Positions 17,493-20,484 of a stretch of 20,484 nt of DNA are shown piece after piece. The stretch's first letter is position 1, and each line of letters opens with the position of its first letter. The notes beneath the pieces are model-generated. The model made no database searches. It worked only from the letters and a program-made list of their open reading frames with translations, and was not told where the DNA came from. The position numbers and the translations under genes are program-made. The stretch comes from Caedimonas varicaedens (GTDB lineage: Bacteria; Pseudomonadota; Alphaproteobacteria; Caedimonadales; Caedimonadaceae). Where the stretch lies: positions 1 to 20,484 of the forward strand of contig BBVC01000097.1 of assembly GCA_001192655.1 (NCBI GenBank). Reading direction: 5' to 3'.

Positions 17493-18392
17493 TTACAGAA
17501 ATTCTTTAATAAGGCTCGCGTATTTTAGAGTTTGTATGACTTCTTGCTGATTGTGTGTACTCCAATGAGCAGAAAGAAGACAATGGACATAACTCCATTC
17601 CTTTAACCTGACAACATCAATATCCAAAAGCCTTGCAAAAAGGGTAAATCGTTGGGAAAGAAGAAGACGCATGTCAGGATAGTATAAAACATCGGGCCAG
17701 GGATTGCGAATAAAGGTCGCAATCTCATAGGCTCGTTCGCCTATTACGCCTTTCGGATCGATAGCTATCCAATCACCAGAATTTTTATAAAGCAAATTGT
17801 CATGATGAAGATCACCATGCAACAAGACTTTTTCTGATTGAGTCTTTAGTAAGTTTTCTGTTATTTTTCTTGCTTTTGAAAGATCTCTGGTAGGAATTGG
17901 TGAAGATTCTTCTAAAATAGGTTCAAGCCATTTTTCAAGAGTCGGGAAGCTTTTGAAACGCTGAGAATGAGTATGTAAAATATTCATGACGTGGCTTGCA
18001 GTAGAAACTGCAAATTCGTCATTCTGGGGAAAAGAGGATTTGAGGGAAAACCCTGGAGATATTTCTTCCATGAGAAACGCGCCTTTTTGAAGATCATGAG
18101 AAAAGAGCCGAGCACATCCTTTTCCATTATAAACTTTTAGACTCAGGGCTTCTGCTTCTATTTCTGCTGGGTCTGCACCGATCTTTAGAATGACTTTTAA
18201 ATGATCTGGTAATCGAATGGCCCGCGCCACAAAATTGTAAGACAGATTTTTAAAGGGAACAATTTCGTCGAGATTCCATTGTTGTGTTAACTCTTGAACA
18301 AGGACAGGTAAATTTTTGAGCCATTCTTCTCCTTTCTCTCCCCAATTTTGAGTAACATTCCGCAGAAAAAGAGAAGGAAGAGGAGTTCGCAT
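17493..18392 (-). CDS. aminoglycoside phosphotransferase family kinase, APH(6)/streptomycin-kinase-like
   Basis: The catalytic-loop motif is LLHGDLHHDNLL (HGDxxxxN), followed by WIAIDPKGVIGERAYEIA. Size (299 aa) and motif spacing resemble StrA/StrB-type APH(6) proteins. The substrate is unproven. Confidence 0.7.
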   Translation of the reverse strand: MRTPLPSLFLRNVTQNWGEKGEEWLKNLPVLVQELTQQWNLDEIVPFKNLSYNFVARAIRLPDHLKVILKIGADPAEIEAEALSLKVYNGKGCARLFSHDLQKGAFLMEEISPGFSLKSSFPQNDEFAVSTASHVMNILHTHSQRFKSFPTLEKWLEPILEESSPIPTRDLSKARKITENLLKTQSEKVLLHGDLHHDNLLYKNSGDWIAIDPKGVIGERAYEIATFIRNPWPDVLYYPDMRLLLSQRFTLFARLLDIDVVRLKEWSYVHCLLSAHWSTHNQQEVIQTLKYASLIKEFL

Positions 18393-18475
18393 AATTTTAC
18401 TCTTTAAAGTAGATTGCTTGACTTATTTATAAGCTCTGGAAATCGGCTTTCCAAGGAATTTTAAGAAATTTCCGT

Positions 18476-18892
18476 CTAATGTATCACCTGATTTTGATAG
18501 GGGCTATCCAGCGAAAAAGCAGGAATTTTGATCTCAAACTCTTTTCCTGATGGATCAACCATAACGTAGGTGCCTTCCATAATGCCAGAAGGAGTTTGTA
18601 GGGGAGTAGCACTTGTATATTCGAAGACATCACCTGGTTTGAGGATTGGTTGCTCTCCCACGACGCCGTCTCCCCTGATTTCTTGAGTTTTACCGTAACA
18701 ATCCGTGATTTTCCAATAGCGACGACGTAGTTGAAGAACATGCTCGCTTTTGTTTTCAATGCGGATTTGATAGGCCCAAATATAGCGCTTTTCTTTATCA
18801 GAGGATTCATCCTCAGCAAAAACAGGTGTAGCAGAAACGCTGACGGAGTGAGAAATCTCTTGATATGTTTTAATAGATCCTTTTTTATACAT
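18476..18892 (-). CDS. apaG: ApaG (DUF525) protein
   Basis: RYIWAYQIRIENKSEHVLQLRRRYWKITDCYGKTQEIRGDGVVGEQPILKPGDVFEYTSATPLQTPSGIMEGTYVMV matches the ApaG core. I prefer the ATG at 18892 (MYKKGSIKTYQ...), which gives the normal length. The track ORF extends to a TTG at 18949. Confidence 0.85.
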   Translation of the reverse strand: MYKKGSIKTYQEISHSVSVSATPVFAEDESSDKEKRYIWAYQIRIENKSEHVLQLRRRYWKITDCYGKTQEIRGDGVVGEQPILKPGDVFEYTSATPLQTPSGIMEGTYVMVDPSGKEFEIKIPAFSLDSPYQNQVIH

Positions 18893-19229
18893 CAGAGCGA
18901 CTACAATGGGTAAATATTTAATTTGAATTAAATTCAATCTATTTTCCAAAGTAGCAGCCTTAAGATTCTCTTTTCAAGAGAGTTTTTCATTTTTTTAAGT
19001 ATTACATACAGTCTGGCTGTACAGTTGCGAGTTGTGATGGTAAAAAGTATTGATTCTGTCCTCTTCTTTTAAAAAGGTTAGGCTGTCATGATGTATTTAA
19101 AGCATTGCAAACTCTCAGGTTCAGCGCAATTCTGATTGATGGAATATTTTGTTACAGGAACTTTTCCAGAAGACCCTCTGCCTCTTTTGCCTTTTTGAAC
19201 ACTCCAAAGTTATTTCATCTATGACACTG

Positions 19230-19985
19230 TTAAGAAAGTAGGTTTAGCCCTTTAAGACAAGCGATTGCAAAGAAAGAGAAGAAGGTCAAATCGAGTTTAT
19301 CAAACTGTAATGCCAGTCTTTTTTTTCCTTGATTTCACCAAAGAAACGCTCAATATTTGAACGAGTTTGATATCTTTCCTTGTCTTGCACGCCTGAGTAA
19401 ACAGCGCCTTCTCTACGCGGGATAACAGGTTTTTTTCGGACTCTCTCTCAGCATTTACGGACCTCATAAAAGTTGTAGCCTTATCTGCAATGACAGACAG
19501 GACATCCTCCCAATCCCCTACAGACCAAAGTTTTGAAAAGGCTTTCATATCCACGCGCTGTCTCTCAGATAAACAAGCTCCAGGGACAAATCCGGGAGGA
19601 AAGTCCCAAGTGAATCTTGGTGCTTAGCTTCTTGCATCTACGACCTATAGATTGAGTTCCTCTTTTTTTGACAGCTTGAACTATGACGATGAAGCCCAAT
19701 TGTTGTACTGTCCATCCAGGTAAAATCTACTTTTAATCTCTTCTTTTATTGAAGATGATAAACAAGTGACCAAAAAATACCTTCTTCACTCCATCGCTTA
19801 AACCGCATATAAACCGTATGCCAACGACCAAAGAGCGTACATGGTATCCCTCTTTTCCCGTTATAAAACACCACAGAAAAATGATCCATTCTTAGGTAGA
19901 CTACCAGGACGCTTGCAAGGCGTGGCGATCAAGGATTCTATCGTCTTACTAAAAAACTCTTGGGACAATAGATTTTCTAGGAAGT
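19230..19985 (-). pseudogene. decayed IS5-family (IS427/IS1031-like) transposase gene
   Basis: Minus-strand translations in shifting frames give LSQEFFSKTIESLIATPCKRPGSLPKNGSFFCGVL*, then REKRGIPCTLFGRWHTVYMRFKRWSEEGIFWSL, then ...VKKRGTQSIGRRCKKLSTKIHLG..., then ...RSNIERFFGEIKEKK, then (frameshift at the T8/A8 tract, 19319-19326) RLALQFDKLDLTFFSFFAIACLKG. These are the conserved blocks of ~250-aa IS5-group transposases, interrupted by stops and frameshifts. The 84-aa ORF at 19300-19554 is a fragment of this gene. Confidence 0.75.
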
Positions 19986-20047
19986 GAAGTAAGGAATTAA
20001 GATAAATTTTGGCTTTTGCCTTTGCGATATGGAGGATTTGTTTGTCA

Positions 20048-20484
20048 GTGAGCTATTCCAATTTATCCAAACGTCCTCATGTTTTTCAAGGGATGACAGG
20101 GTTGAGTGTTTCAGAGTTTCAGGAAAATGTGAATTTTATTCATCCTTTATGTGAAACGTCTGTCGAATTGTTAAAGGAATCAGCAGGAGGAAGGAGTGTT
20201 CTCCAGACGTTTGAAGATAAGGTCATGTCTCTTTTGATTTATTATCGAACCTATATTACTCATGAATTTATCGGTCATTTGTTTGGTCTTCATAATTCCA
20301 ACGTCTGTCGTCTGTTTAAAAAGTTGGAGCCTTTGATGGGCAAGCGTCTTGCCATCAAGAAGGATCGAACGTTGACCTCTGAAGTGATTAGATGTGACAG
20401 AGCCACCGATTCAACGCCCTGTCAAAAGTCACAAGCGCAAGAAAACGTATTCAGGAAAGAAAAAGCGACATACTCGGAAAGTAG
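20048..20484 (+). pseudogene. IS5-superfamily (HTH_Tnp_4/DDE_Tnp_4-type) transposase gene, frameshifted and truncated by the window end
   Basis: From GTG at 20048 (GGAGGA 11 nt upstream) the translation is VSYSNLSKRPHVFQGMTGLSVSEFQENV...FEDKVMSLLIYYRTYITHEFIGHLFGLHNSNVCRLFKKLEPLM...TLTSEV. The conserved catalytic block LDVTEPPIQRPVKSHKRKKTYSGKKKRHTRKV then continues in the +1 frame from 20388, preceded by TGA in that frame. This implies a 1-nt indel near 20385. The gene is not in the ORF track because it has no stop within the window. Confidence 0.7.

Noticed and set aside
18484-18913. ORFs at 18484-18819 (minus) and 18731-18913 (plus) overlapping apaG.
   Set aside because: The ApaG frame has the conserved family core. 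These are alternative-frame or antisense shadows.
19594-19607. GGGAGGAAAGTCCC, resembling the conserved GAGGAAAGUCCGGGC core of RNase P RNA.
   Set aside because: The flanking sequence lacks the rest of the RNase P conserved regions. The motif sits inside the decayed transposase coding sequence, so it is coincidental.
19184-20023. 11-bp direct repeat CTTTTGCCTTT at 19184-19194 and 20013-20023, flanking the decayed IS5-like element, as a possible target-site duplication.
   Set aside because: IS5-group elements make much shorter duplications (2-4 bp). I could not identify matching terminal inverted repeats next to the repeats. A T-rich 11-mer in AT-rich DNA could be chance. It needs comparison with an intact copy.

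Overview
Low-GC chromosomal segment whose gene order and protein sequences look alphaproteobacterial, probably from a Rickettsiales- or Holosporales-like intracellular lineage; the taxon is inference only. About 16 kb is tightly packed core housekeeping. In order: the 3' end of a LysR-type regulator; rpsF-rpsR-DUF2232/YybS-rplI; a GNAT-domain gene plus SemiSWEET-like gene pair; groES-groEL behind a perfect CIRCE operator; convergent PCu(A)C-dnaG-rpoD on the minus strand; and an envelope/division cluster of ftsE, ftsX, a HAD-IIIA phosphatase, DUF218, plsC-like and DUF2125-like genes. The right-hand ~4 kb looks accessory. It holds a signal-peptide protein with a His-rich tract and near-perfect 54-bp in-frame tandem repeats, an APH(6)-type kinase homologue, apaG, and two decayed IS5-superfamily transposase genes head to head. 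I found no tRNA, rRNA, CRISPR array, or recognisable defence, toxin-antitoxin or secretion system. The best candidates for undescribed biology are modest. First, the GNAT/SemiSWEET pair, preceded by a long AT-rich spacer that contains a ~75-nt GC-rich structured island. Second, the secreted His-rich repeat protein with its own near-consensus promoter. Third, a 41-bp palindromic element flanked by 9-bp direct repeats downstream of groEL. All family assignments rest on motif recognition by eye; no searches were run.
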